A stretch of DNA of 64,000 nucleotides. It comes from the human T2T-CHM13v2.0 reference genome, Homo sapiens. The position numbers and the translations under genes are program-made. Positions 45,449 to 60,383 of this stretch are shown one piece after another. The notes below the pieces were generated by a model. The model had not been told where the DNA came from and searched no databases. It worked only from the letters and a program-made list of their open reading frames with translations. The stretch lies in assembly GCF_009914755.1 (NCBI RefSeq), contig NC_060927.1, one strand, 5' to 3'. Each line of letters starts with the position of its first letter. Position 1 is the first letter of the stretch.

Positions 45449-45564
45449 GTGAGTTTGGTGGGATCCACAGGTGGGAAGGGGGAATCCACAGGTGGGAAGG
45501 TACTGCCCCCAGTGAGGGGGCAGGCCTGGCCAGGGCACCTATGCAGCCTTCCCTGTGGCCCCAG

Positions 45565-45684
45565 GGCGAGTGTGGGAACTTCGTCAGGCTCATCCAGCCC
45601 TGGAACCGAACACACCTGTATGTGTGCGGGACAGGTGCCTACAACCCCATGTGCACCTATGTGAACCGCGGACGCCGCGCCCAG
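45565..45684 (+). CDS. SEMA3F: SEMA3F exon 5 (GECGNFVR...[10 protein letters not shown]...RRAQ)
   Basis: Canonical sema motif; 120 nt. Confidence 0.98.
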
Positions 45685-45789
45685 GTAAGCCCCAGCCACC
45701 CTGGCCCTGTGCTGCCCCCGCTGGTGGCTGCATCCCAGGGTCCTGATGGGAGGAGGGGCTTCAGCCCCAGCCCTGCCACTTCCGAGCCT

Positions 45790-45960
45790 TTTGACCTTGG
45801 GTGAGTGACTTCTTTCACCTCGCTGAGCCTCAGTTTCTTCACTTGAAAATGGGGCTAACCGCTGCCTTTCTCACAGGTCGGTGTGAGGAGGAGGCAGTGA
45901 GCTAAAGCTCCCAAAGCTCCTAGCACTGTGCCTGGCACATAGTAAGCACTTGCTCCATAT
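45790..45960 (+). mobile_element. MIR
   Basis: tgaccttggg...ctgagcctcagtttcttcac...aaaatggg...cctggcacatagtaagcact. Confidence 0.85.
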
Positions 45961-46429
45961 GTGGCAACAGCTCTCTTGGCTATGCCTGTGGACCGTGCCC
46001 CGACGGCCGAGCCAGAGGGCCTGGTGGGGGCCTTGCAATAGGAGGCTGGACCCCTGGGTCAGCTTCTACCATGTGGCCTGGGGGAGAGCTGCCTTCCACC
46101 CCCAGGGCCAGGGTTGTGGGGAGCTGCCCCTTCCCCAGCTCTGCCCCTTCCTGCCTGCTTCCACCCTTTTCCATTTCCATGTGGGCATGTGTGTGAGCTG
46201 GCGTGAACTTGTAGGGCATGTGTGAGAATGACTGGATCTGAGGGGCACCTGTGTGTGCAGGTGTGTGCCAAGCCTGTGTGTATGTATGTACACACGCATA
46301 GACGTGCTCTGGGGGGCCCACGTGTTCACGTGTGTTCCTGGCCTGTGTGGTGTTAGAGGCTGGCAGCCCGAGCCCGCTCCCCCAGCCCCTGCCACCCCCA
46401 GCTCTAACCCCTGTTCCTCGTCTTCTCAG

Positions 46430-46522
46430 GCCACACCATGGACCCAGACTCAGGCGGTCAGAGGCCGCGGCAGCAGAGCCACGGATGGTGCCCTCCGCCC
46501 GATGCCCACAGCCCCACGCCAG
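46430..46522 (+). CDS. SEMA3F: SEMA3F exon 6 (93-nt cassette, ATPWTQ...TAPRQ)
   Basis: Phase 0/0, polypyrimidine acceptor, CAG|GTGGG donor; needed for the 785-aa total. Confidence 0.9.
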
Positions 46523-48101
46523 GTGGGCCTCATCCCTCCAGGCCTTTGCCAGGCAGCACTGCCTCTGAGCGGAACTCACCCTGGGCCTGCACCTGAGGCC
46601 AGCCTCCCCAGGGCCTCCCCTCTACCTCTGTGCCCACACCCTGTCCCCACCCCTTCCCCTGAAGAGCCCTCAGGCTCAGAAGGCATGCCCAGCTGGACTC
46701 ATGTCAGCCTCAGTGTGACCCCTGCAGGCAAGAAATAATGAAGCCGCCAGGTGGGGAAGACAGGAGCCCTGGGGACAGCCATGCCTTAGCCCTCAGAAAG
46801 CATGTGTGTAGACACACAAGAGCACACACCGGTGTGGATGTGGGCCTTCCTCACTCAGCACCCAGAGTGGAAAGTGGCACATGAGTGCAGTCTGACACCT
46901 TACTCCCAGGTGTTCGTGCCCCATGCCTCCCATGAGTCATCTGTGGACACAGGTGTCCTGCACACTCATGTGCTTGGGGCGCTCTTCTCCCGTGTGGTAT
47001 CTGTCCACTAGTGATGACCTGGGTCTGGGCTGGGAGAGCTGGGGCTGGGCAGGGGCGGGCAGGGGGGCAGGGGCTGCCGGTGAATGACAGAGCATGTTTG
47101 TGGTGGGGAGTGCAGAAATGCAGGATCGTGTGGATTCTGTGTGTGTGTGTCCATGGTGTGAGCAGGCGGTTCCGTGTGCTGGCGGTGATATGTTCAGAGC
47201 TGTGTGTGCACCCTTGTGTGTGCAGGAAGTCACGTGTGCAGTGTGTAGCTGGAAGTAGGCCTGTGTGCACCTTCCCATCGCCATCCTGCCACCTGCTGCC
47301 ACCTCCTCCTGCCTCTGTTCCTCTCTCCTTGCCCCTTTCCTTCCCTCTGCCTGGCTTTCTCTTGTGGCCTCTGTGCTCACCCCTGTCCCAGTGCCTTTTC
47401 CAGCCTTCCTAGCATCTTGCAGGCTGGGCTGGGAGGCACAGGGGGCTTTGTGAATTCCATGTGGTCTGGGCTGGACTCCTTGACTCCTGGCTCCCTGGGG
47501 AGATGTGGAGCCTGGGGGCTGTGCTGAGGGACAGGAGAAAGGTCATGGCCCATTGGTCCATCCTGAGGACCACAGGTAGGACACAAAGCCTGAGGATACA
47601 GTAACCTTAGAGCTCTCTGGCCTGGCTAGACCTGATGGCAAAGGACAGGACCCCAGGCCCTTAACCAGTCACTCCTGCCCTGGCCAGGTCTGCAGCGCTT
47701 TCTTGACCCAAGACAGGCAGCCACAGCAAAGAGCTGTGCCTCTGTAGCCCAGGGGGCCTTGGCCAGTGTCTTTATGAGCCAGTTGGCATGGAGGGGCTTC
47801 AGCCCCTACAAGCCCACTCCATGTCCATCTCATAGCCCACAAGGCAGGGCCCCTTGAGACTTGGTCCCCAGGTCTTCCCTAAGACCTGGGACTAGGAAGC
47901 ACCCCCCTTGGAGCCCACAGCATGGCCCTGCCCTGGGAGACCTGGCTGGATGGAGTTTAAGGCCAAGGAATGCTGGGGAGTGTAGGGGGTGGGCTCGGGG
48001 TATGCCTGGGGGCTCATTCTCACCCTGGGAGCCTGGTGACCCTTACACTTCCTGGCTGGGGGACTGGCCTGGACGATGCTGAGCCCCGCTCTGCCTTACA
48101 G

Positions 48102-48195
48102 GATTACATCTTCTACCTGGAGCCTGAGCGACTCGAGTCAGGGAAGGGCAAGTGTCCGTACGATCCCAAGCTGGACACAGCATCGGCCCTCATCA
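48102..48195 (+). CDS. SEMA3F: SEMA3F exon 7 (DYIFYLE...GKGKCPYDP...ALI)
   Basis: Sema motif, AG/GT. Confidence 0.98.
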
Positions 48196-49073
48196 GTGAG
48201 TGCCCCCCAACCCCGCTCTACAGTCTCAATGTGTGGCCTCTGCCCCTGGAGATGGGGCATGGCACCAACACTTACCCAAGGGCAGAGACCATGACTAGGC
48301 TGTCCCTGAACTCCCCAAAAGGCCCCACCTGGCAAGGGGGAGAGGGTGCAGGCCAGACCCCACTGTGAGCTGAGGTCAGAGACTGGGTGGTAGAAGCCTC
48401 CGCCTGGCCCCTTTGGATGGGGGACCAAGGAAGCCAGGTCCTACCCTGAAACACACAATGTGGTCCATGCAAAGTCCAGAACCCTCCTGACCATAGGCTT
48501 CCTAGAAGAGAAGATAAGCCGAGTGCGTATCGGGGCTGGTCTGAGGGGCAGTCCCATAGCATGTTCTTGGTGTGTCTGAGAGGCTGGGAGAGCCCTGTAG
48601 CGAAGGACCAATGGAGAGTTCCGGCCCTGTGACCAGACGGGGAGAGCATGTTCCTGGTCTGGGTAGGTGTCTGGGAGGGTTGGGGGCTGTTCTCTGAGTA
48701 GGGGTCCTGCCGGGGTCTCAGGAGCAGCTGCTGCCCCTAACTGCAGGTTGGGTGAACCCATCACTGACCCTGGCTCATGCACGCTGCCTGTTTTCTGATT
48801 GTTCAACACAGTCTGCCTCTCAGAGCAGCTGTTGGGCACTGTGCCACCTCCAAGCCTGGGAAAGGCCCTGGGGTCAAGGGGCAGACATTATCCTCCCCCT
48901 CTTGGCAAGTGAGAAGGTCCCAGCCTGATGGCACAGCCCAAATCACTCTGATGAGGAAAGACAGGGCCTGCCCTGGGGGAGCCTCAGATGTGGTATGTTA
49001 GAGGCAAGTACATTATTAAATTTTCAGGAATTTTTTGAGCCAGTTGTTAAAGACAACTATTATTAAAAGTTAA

Positions 49074-49610
<537 letters not shown>

Positions 49611-49771
49611 CTATGGGCTGCAGAATGGATGTTGTGTTAGCAGGCATGAAAACAACATTTGTCTCCTTGCACACCTCCATCAGAGCTCTGATGGAGACCA
49701 AGACCAATAAGCAGTAATATTTTGAAAGGAATCTTTTTTTCTGAGCAGTGGGTTTAAAATATTCAGAAAAC

Positions 49772-50117
<346 letters not shown>

Positions 50118-50143
50118 TTATTTATAGAGCTCAGGCAGAGTAG

Positions 50144-50455
<312 letters not shown>

Positions 50456-50593
50456 CTATTTCACATAATTCTTAAGGGCCCTAGGGTTCTTGGAATGGTA
50501 AATGAGCACTGGCTTCAACTTAAAGTAACCAGCTGCATTAGCCCCTAATAAGAGAGTCTGACTGTCGTTCGAAGCTTTGAAGCCAGGAATTGA

Positions 50594-50957
<364 letters not shown>

Positions 50958-51468
50958 CAGAAGGCTGTTTTATCTGCATTGAAAATCGTGTTTAGTGTAG
51001 CTCCCTTCATCCATGATCTTATCTAAATCTTCTGGAAAACTTGCTGCAGCTTCTCCATCAGCACTTGCTACTTCACCTTGCATGTTTATGTTTTGGAGAT
51101 GGCTGCTTTCCTTAAACCTCATGAACCAGCCTCCGCTGGTTTCAAACCTTTCTTCTCCAGCTTCCTCTCTTCTCTCAGCCTTCATAGAATTGAAGACAGT
51201 TAGGGCTTTGCTCTGGATTAGACTTTGGCTTAAAGGAATGTTGTGGCTGGTTTGATCTTCCACGTAAACCAGTAAAACTTTCACCATATCAGTGATAAGG
51301 CTGTTTCACTTTCTTATCATTTGTGTGTTTACTGGAATAGCCCTTCTAATTTCCTTCAAGAACTTTTCCTTTGCATTCACAACTTGGCTAACTAGTGCTA
51401 GCAGCCTAGTTTGGGACCTATCTCAGCTTTCAACATGCTTTCCGTACTAAGCTTAATCATTTCTAGCT

Positions 51469-51788
51469 TTTTTGTTTTTTTTTATTTGTTTGTTTATTTT
51501 TTGACAGAGTTACACTCTGTCCCCCAGGCTAGAGTGAAGTGGCATGATCTTGGCTCACTGCAACCTCCACCCCCCGACTCCCTGCTCCCCGGTTCAAGTG
51601 ATTTTCCTGCCGCAGCCTCCCAAGTAGCTGGGATCATAGGCGCCCACCACCACCTCTGGCTAATTTTTATATTTTTAGTAGAAGTGGGTTATGCCATGTT
51701 GGCCAGGCTGGTCTCCTGACCTCAAGTGATCCCCTGCCTCAGCCTCCCAAAGTGCTAGGATTACAGGCATGAGCCACTGCACCTGGCC
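51469..51788 (-). mobile_element. Alu within Tigger1
   Basis: TSD catttctagctttt. Confidence 0.95.
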
Positions 51789-52107
51789 CATTTCTAGCTT
51801 TTGACTTAAAGTGAGAGATAATATGACTCTTCCTTTCACTTGAACACTTAGAGGCCATTGTGGGATTATTAATTGATCTAATTTTAATATTGCTGTGTCC
51901 CAGAGAATGGAGAGGCCCAAGAAGAGGGAGAGAGATGGGAGAATGGCCAGTAAGTGGAGCAGTCAGAACACACACAGCATTTATCGATTAAGTTCACTGT
52001 TTTATATGGGTGAGGTTCACGGTGCCCCGAAATAATTGCAATAGTAACATCAAAGATCACTGATCACAGATCACCATAACAGACAGTTTGAAATATTGCA
52101 AGAATCA

Positions 52108-52482
<375 letters not shown>

Positions 52483-52565
52483 CTAACAGACTTGCTTGAC
52501 ACAGGGTTGCCACAAACCTTCCTTCTGTAAAAAATGCAGTATTTGCAGTGCACAAAGCCCAGTAA

Positions 52566-53334
<769 letters not shown>

Positions 53335-53616
53335 TGATTTTGCTTTCAGTGACCTCAGGTTGGTAGCTTGAAATTAGTTGTGGCAGGAGTATTCACACCA
53401 CAGAAATGGGCTATTGCTACTAATCAGAGCTGATAGTTACTAATCCCAACCCTCCCAGAGCCAGTGGTGAAACACTGACCAGCACTCCACTGGAGATAGG
53501 ATCATGCCCCAGGGAGCCTGAGCGGGGAGATAAGGCCCTGCCCTGGAAGTCATCTGAGCTGTGCCCTGGCCCTAGCAAACAGCAGCCCCCCAACTGACCC
53601 ACTGGCCTACCCACAG

Positions 53617-53736
53617 ATGAGGAGCTCTATGCTGGTGTGTACATCGATTTTATGGGCACTGATGCAGCCATCTTCCGCACACTTGGAAAGCAGACAGCCA
53701 TGCGCACGGATCAGTACAACTCCCGGTGGCTGAACG
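53617..53736 (+). CDS. SEMA3F: SEMA3F exon 8 (EELYAG...SRWLN)
   Basis: AG/GT, in frame. Confidence 0.98.
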
Positions 53737-53976
53737 GTAAGCGCAGCCCCAGGAGCCCTTCCGTGGCCATGTGTCTGGGATGCGGCAAGGAGGTCGTAAA
53801 GAAGCACATGTGGGGGAAGTGGGGACATGTTTAGCCTATGACTACCTGGGGCAGGGGTAGTTTCTTATCTGGAGAGGAGTTGGGGGTGTTGTTGCACCTG
53901 GCTGGGGATTCTGTTGGAGAACATCAGGGGCACCATCAGAGTAGGGGCTCACCCAGCTGACCCCTGCCACCTGCAG

Positions 53977-54116
53977 ACCCGTCGTTCATCCATGCTGAGC
54001 TCATTCCTGACAGTGCGGAGCGCAATGATGATAAGCTTTACTTCTTCTTCCGTGAGCGGTCGGCAGAGGCGCCGCAGAGCCCCGCGGTGTACGCCCGCAT
54101 CGGGCGCATTTGCCTG
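53977..54116 (+). CDS. SEMA3F: SEMA3F exon 9 (DPSFI...DDKLYFFFRE...RIGRICL)
   Basis: Sema motif, AG/GT. Confidence 0.98.
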
Positions 54117-54206
54117 GTATGCATTGGCAGAGCCACCAGGCTGCCCCTTCCACCAGTTCTGGCTTCATCAGCCCTGCTCCAGCCAGGGCTTGGGGTCAAG
54201 AGCTGA

Positions 54207-54588
<382 letters not shown>

Positions 54589-54645
54589 GTGAGGCTGGGG
54601 TCAGGGCCAGCAGTGGCAGGGAGTGGCCCCGTTGGGGGATTGTAA

Positions 54646-54939
<294 letters not shown>

Positions 54940-55924
54940 TAAGAGGCCTCTGGGTCAGGCTCTTTGCAACATGGGCCCCACCATCATGGCCCTCCCAGCC
55001 AGCGGAGGCGGTGAGCTGTAATGCACACACAGACGGGCCTTCACACACAGTGTCAAGCTGTGGAGGAGCCCAGATGGGATTCTGGGACAAAGATGGTGGG
55101 TTGGGCGTGGTCGGCTGCTCCTCAGAGGGTCCTCTGTGGGGCTGTTTGGGAGCTGAAGGTTGGGGGGAAGCGTCTTCCCTGCAGGTGCTGGAGGCAGGCT
55201 GGAGGTTGGCTCAGCTGAGGAACAGGAGGCAAAGAGCTGGGGAGGGGCAGGGCCAGGCCTCAGGCAGGGTCTCAGAGGTCACAGAGGCATGTCACTTTAT
55301 CTTGATGTGACACCGGCTGATGTGGGAGCCTAAGCAGGAGAGCAGCGGATCTGGTCCAATGCAGTTCTGACTCCATGTAGTCAGGACTGGGCTGGAGAAG
55401 CTGGTCTCAGTGGGGGACAGGGGAAGCTTCCCTCCAGAGGTAACCTGGAGTCAGAAGGATGGGCCAGAGGTAAGCTGGCCATGACGGGGGGCAGGCTGAG
55501 CCCAGGTTCAGGGGACAGCTTCAGGAAGGAGGAGAGTGAGCCTGGTGTGTGACAAGGACGTCGGGGCCTGCAGTCCAGCTGTGCAGGAGGGAGACGGGTG
55601 AGACCCTAGGAACAGCCAGAGAGGAAGGAGATGACAGGGGTGGGGAGGGGGACATGGAAGGGAGTGGTCCGCTTGGCCAAATGCTGCCACGAGGTCATGG
55701 CACCTGAGGCCAGGGAGGTGGCTGTGGCATTTGGCCACCTGGGACCTTGGCCAGAGCAGGACCTGTAGAGGTCAGGTGCAGGGCAGAAACTTGGAGAGCG
55801 GGTTTGGGGAGAGGAGCAGGTTGAGGTAGTGGGGACAGACAGTGCAGCGGCCTCTTCTGAAGCTAATGGCTCCAGCCTGCCCTGCCCAGGCAGCCTGGGA
55901 CTGACACTCGCCACCTGTCCACAG

Positions 55925-56147
55925 TGCCCTGGTGGAACCTTCACGCCATCTATGAAGTCCACCAAGGATTATCCTGATGAGGTGATCAACTTCATGCGCA
56001 GCCACCCACTCATGTACCAGGCCGTGTACCCTCTGCAGCGGCGGCCCCTGGTAGTCCGCACAGGTGCTCCCTACCGCCTTACCACTATTGCCGTGGACCA
56101 GGTGGATGCAGCCGACGGGCGCTATGAGGTGCTTTTCCTGGGCACAG
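55925..56147 (+). CDS. SEMA3F: SEMA3F exon 13 (CPGG...YEVLFLGT)
   Basis: AG/GT, in frame. Confidence 0.98.
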
Positions 56148-56775
56148 GTACCCACTGCTGCTCCCGGCCTCTCCCACGCTGGGCCCACCGGGTGCGGGGT
56201 GCAGATCCTTGGGGCTGGGGCTTGCCCTGCTAGGGCTTGCTGCAAGCTCATCAGAGTCACTTCTTCATCCTCATCCTTTGGTGCCTTCTCCCTATTGATG
56301 GGATAACAGAGGCTAGGGGTGAGAAAACCCCATTCCCACTTCCATCCCCAGGGGCCCAGGAGAACAGGGACACTGGGCATCTGGGGACTTATGTATGTAT
56401 GGCAGGAAAGGGGTGGAGACAGATGGTAGGCACCTCCAGGATACAGAGGCCATACACATGCTCGTGTGTGCACACACATGCCACAGTGCACCCCCTACAG
56501 TTCCAGCAGCCCAAACACAGGAGAATGCATGCCCCAGTGTCCTGTTCTCAGCAGGGCCCAAAATCAGGGTCTGGGTTGGTGGGGGCAGACCACGGCCATG
56601 ACCCCCTATGTCCTGGGCCAGTCCCCTTTGACCTGGGGAAACTCTTCCACCTTGGCACAAAGCTCCAGCTCCAATGCCCTAGGGGGGTTTGGGCCCTGGT
56701 GGGGGAAGGGGCTGAGGCTGGTACCCCTTCCCCAGCATCCCCAGCCCCACTGAGGCCCTGCCCGGCCCGTTCCAG

Positions 56776-56864
56776 ACCGCGGGACAGTGCAGAAGGTCAT
56801 TGTGCTGCCCAAGGATGACCAGGAGATGGAGGAGCTCATGCTGGAGGAGGTGGAGGTCTTCAAG
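56776..56864 (+). CDS. SEMA3F: SEMA3F exon 14 (DRGTVQKV...EVFK)
   Basis: AG/GT, in frame. Confidence 0.97.
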
Positions 56865-56998
56865 GTGGGTGTGACACCACCCAGTCCTGACCTCCCCACC
56901 TTTACCCTCCCCCCAGTCCCAGCCTCTGACCTGAGACCTCTAGGTCAGGGCAGGGAGGGGGTCCCTGGCATCCCAAGCTGATCTTTATCTTTTTCTAG

Positions 56999-57040
56999 GA
57001 TCCAGCACCCGTCAAGACCATGACCATCTCTTCTAAGAGG
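56999..57040 (+). CDS. SEMA3F: SEMA3F exon 15 (DPAPVKTMTISSKR)
   Basis: 42 nt; strong acceptor and AGG|GTAAG donor. Confidence 0.95.
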
Positions 57041-57128
57041 GTAAGCCTTTGGCGAGGTGAGCCAAGGTTGGGGACAGGGCCTGCATCCCCTCAGGGTCAT
57101 GCCCTTGGCACAGGGATGGGTAAACTGA

Positions 57129-57398
<270 letters not shown>

Positions 57399-57613
57399 TA
57401 GAATTTTAGCAACCAGTCCCAGGGCCCTATCCTAGGGGATTGGGGGTGCATGTGATATTACCCGGGGTGCATGTGATATTACCCTAGGGGAGTCTTATGG
57501 GTAAGACATCACTGCCCTGGGGAAAAAGGGCCCTGCCCTGGAGTCAGGGAGATACAGGGACCTGGGGGGGCAAGCTTCCTGGGAGCACTCCTTCAGGGGC
57601 TATCCTCATCCAG

Positions 57614-57681
57614 GCGGAGCCGCCGGCAGGACGTCCGGCACGGAAACCCCATCAGGCAGTGCCGTGGGTTCAACTCCAATG
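57614..57681 (+). CDS. SEMA3F: SEMA3F exon 17 (RSRRQDVRHGNPIRQCRGFNSN, furin site)
   Basis: AG/GT; class-3 RRQD..G.P..QC motif. Confidence 0.97.
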
Positions 57682-57945
57682 GTGAGTATGCTGGGCCTCA
57701 CTGTGGGGTGCTGCTCACACTGCAGAAGTCCACGCAGCCCACGAAGCTGCTCACAGGGCCCCCACTGTAAGGGTGCTCTGATGGCTAATGGAGGGTGGGG
57801 GCTAATGGAGATGGGATGTCCCTAGTTGCCCCATCAACACAGAGCACTACATTGGTGAGTGGGTGCCCCTCGGTGCCTGCCCCGAAGCAGTCAGCAGGCT
57901 GCCCGGAGGTGATGCTGCTTTTGCTCAACCCCTCTCACTCTAAAG

Positions 57946-58079
57946 CCAACAAGAATGCCGTGGAGTCTGTGCAGTATGGCGTGGCCGGCAGCGCAGCCTT
58001 CCTTGAGTGCCAGCCCCGCTCGCCCCAAGCCACTGTTAAGTGGCTGTTCCAGCGAGATCCTGGTGACCGGCGCCGAGAG
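57946..58079 (+). CDS. SEMA3F: SEMA3F exon 18 (Ig domain, first half)
   Basis: AAG acceptor; FLECQPRSPQATVKW; GAG|GTGAGT donor. Confidence 0.96.
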
Positions 58080-58164
58080 GTGAGTTCCTGCGCCCGGTGC
58101 TGCACCGTGGATGTGAGTCCTTGCGCAGTGGTGAAATGTAGTAGAGGAGTGATCTGGAGCAACT

Positions 58165-58960
58165 CTCATGCTGTGAAACCCCTTCCAAGCTCCCTTCCCT
58201 ACATGCAAATCCTTTGAGTGAAAACAGTTACATGGAAACTCCCTGGGATTGGCCTCATTCTATGGAAAGTGTTTCTGGGTATGCCTGTTCACATGAAAAT
58301 TCCATATGCATACCACATTGGGGGTGTACCTTCTACAAAAACATCATGTGAGTGAGCTCCAGTATGTGGAAATTCTATGGGGCCCTCATTTTATGAAAAT
58401 GCCCTACAGGTGTCCCTGTTTATGTGGAAATTCTATGTGGTTATCCCAATTGGATATTCTCATTAAATGGAAATTCTGGCTGGACGTGGTGGCTCACACC
58501 TGTAACCCCAACACTTTGGGAAGCCAAGACAGGCAAATTGCTTGAGGTCAGGGGTTCGAGACCAGCCTGGGCAACATGGTGAAACCCTCTCTCTACCAAA
58601 AATACAAAAATTAGCTGGGCATAGTCATGCATGTGGTCCCAGCTACTTGGGAGGCTAAGGTGGGAGGATGGCTTGAGCCTGGGAGGCAGAGGTTGCAGTA
58701 AACCGAGATCATTCAACTGCATTCTAGCCTAGGCGACAGAGCCAGACCTTGTCTCAAAAAAAAAAAAAAAAAAAAAAAAGGAATTCTGTGTGTGCTTCAA
58801 ATTTTCCTCATTGTACAGAACCTCCTTATGGTCATCACTCCTGAAATGGAAATCTGTACAGATGCCTTATTCAAATATCTCTCATTATGTAGAAACTTCA
58901 TGTGGTTTTTCTGGCATATGGAAATCCCACATGGGTGCCTCTACACGGAATGGCCACAAA
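58165..58960. repeat. Degenerate ~30-bp tandem array with TGGAAA(T) core, split by an Alu
   Basis: Cores at 58204, 58233, 58263, 58294, 58367, 58394, 58425, 58468, 58847, 58890, 58919; exact 17-mer repeated 58 bp apart. Confidence 0.7.
58478..58780 (+). mobile_element. Alu (old, AluJ-like) in intron 18
   Basis: Diverged Alu; flanks gaaattct / ggaattct. Confidence 0.93.
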
Positions 58961-59037
58961 GGTGGTCTGATCTGGTTGCTGGCTAGGGCCATAGGGTGGT
59001 CACAGAGCCTCTGAACCCCCTCTCCTTGCCCCTGCAG

Positions 59038-59448
59038 ATTCGTGCAGAGGACCGCTTCCTGCGCACAGAGCAGGGCTTGTTGCTCCGTGCACTGCAGCTC
59101 AGCGATCGTGGCCTCTACTCCTGCACAGCCACTGAGAACAACTTTAAGCACGTCGTCACACGAGTGCAGCTGCATGTACTGGGCCGGGACGCCGTCCATG
59201 CTGCCCTCTTCCCACCACTGTCCATGAGCGCCCCGCCACCCCCAGGCGCAGGCCCCCCAACGCCTCCTTACCAGGAGTTAGCCCAGCTGCTGGCCCAGCC
59301 AGAAGTGGGCCTCATCCACCAGTACTGCCAGGGTTACTGGCGCCATGTGCCCCCCAGCCCCAGGGAGGCTCCAGGGGCACCCCGGTCTCCTGAGCCCCAG
59401 GACCAGAAAAAGCCCCGGAACCGCCGGCACCACCCTCCGGACACATGA
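59038..59448 (+). CDS. SEMA3F: SEMA3F exon 19 coding part (Ig second half, basic tail KKPRNRRHHPPDT*)
   Basis: DRGLYSC Ig motif; TGA 59446-59448; the coding exons sum to 785 codons plus stop. Confidence 0.98.
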   Translation: MRAEDRFLRTEQGLLLRALQLSDRGLYSCTATENNFKHVVTRVQLHVLGRDAVHAALFPPLSMSAPPPPGAGPPTPPYQELAQLLAQPEVGLIHQYCQGYWRHVPPSPREAPGAPRSPEPQDQKKPRNRRHHPPDT

Positions 59449-59507
59449 GGCCAGCTGCCTGTGCCTGCCATGGGCCAGCCTAGCCCTTGTCCCTTTTAAT
59501 ATAAAAG

Positions 59508-59532
<25 letters not shown>
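59508..59532. repeat. (TA)n microsatellite in SEMA3F 3' UTR
   Basis: Perfect TA run. Confidence 0.9.
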
Positions 59533-59538
<6 letters not shown>

Positions 59539-60383
59539 CTATATTCTATACACACCCTGCCCCTGCAAAGACAGTATTTATTGGTGGGTTGAATATAGCC
59601 TGCCTCAGTGGCAGCATCCTCCAAAACTTAGACCCATGCTGGTCAGAGACGGCAGAAAACAGAGCCTGCCTAACCAGGCCCAGCCAGTTGGTGGGGCCAG
59701 GCCAGGACCACACAGTCCCCAGACTCAGCTGGAAGTCTACCTGCTGGACAGCCTCCGCCAAGATCTACAGGACAAAGGGAGGGAGCAAGCCCTACTCGGA
59801 TGGGGCACGGACTGTCCACCTTTTCTGATGTGTGTTGTCAGCCTGTGCTGTGGCATAGACATGGATGCGAGGACCACTTTGGAGACTGGGGTGGCCTCAA
59901 GAGCACACAGAGAAGGGAAGAAGGGGCCATCACAGGATGCCAGCCCCTGCCTGGGTTGGGGGCACTCAGCCACGACCAGCCCCTTCCTGGGTATTTATTC
60001 TCTATTTATTGGGGATAGGAGAAGAGGCATCCTGCCTGGGTGGGACAGCCCCTTCAGCCCCTTCTCCCCTCCCCGCCTGGCCAGGGCAGGGCCACCCCAC
60101 TCTACCTCCTTAGCTTTCCCTGTGCCACTTTGACTCAGAGGCTGGGAGCATAGCAGAGGGGCCAGGCCCAGGCAGAGCTGACGGGAGGCCCCAGCTCTGA
60201 GGGGAGGGGGTCCGTGGTAGAGGCCTGGGGCCGGTAGAGGCTCCCCAGGGCTCCCTTATGTCCACCACTTCAGGGGATGGGTGTGGATGTAATTAGCTCT
60301 GGGGGGCAGTTGGGTAGATGGGTGGGGGCTCCTGGTGGCCTTCTGCTGCCCAGGCCACAGCCGCCTTTGGGTTCCATCTTGCT

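Noticed and set aside
50970-51287. Transposase-like 105-aa ORF as a domesticated TIGD-like gene
   Set aside because: Frameshifted, cut by Alus and missing the 3' catalytic half; a Tigger1 fossil
58165-58960. CRISPR-like reading of the repeat-spacer pattern
   Set aside because: Human intron, highly degenerate units, no cas genes; it is a decayed tandem array
59493-59507. Hairpin CTTTTA-ATA-TAAAAG as a Roquin decay element
   Set aside because: Loop is purine-pyrimidine-purine rather than pyrimidine-purine-pyrimidine, and the stem is weak and adjoins a TA repeat
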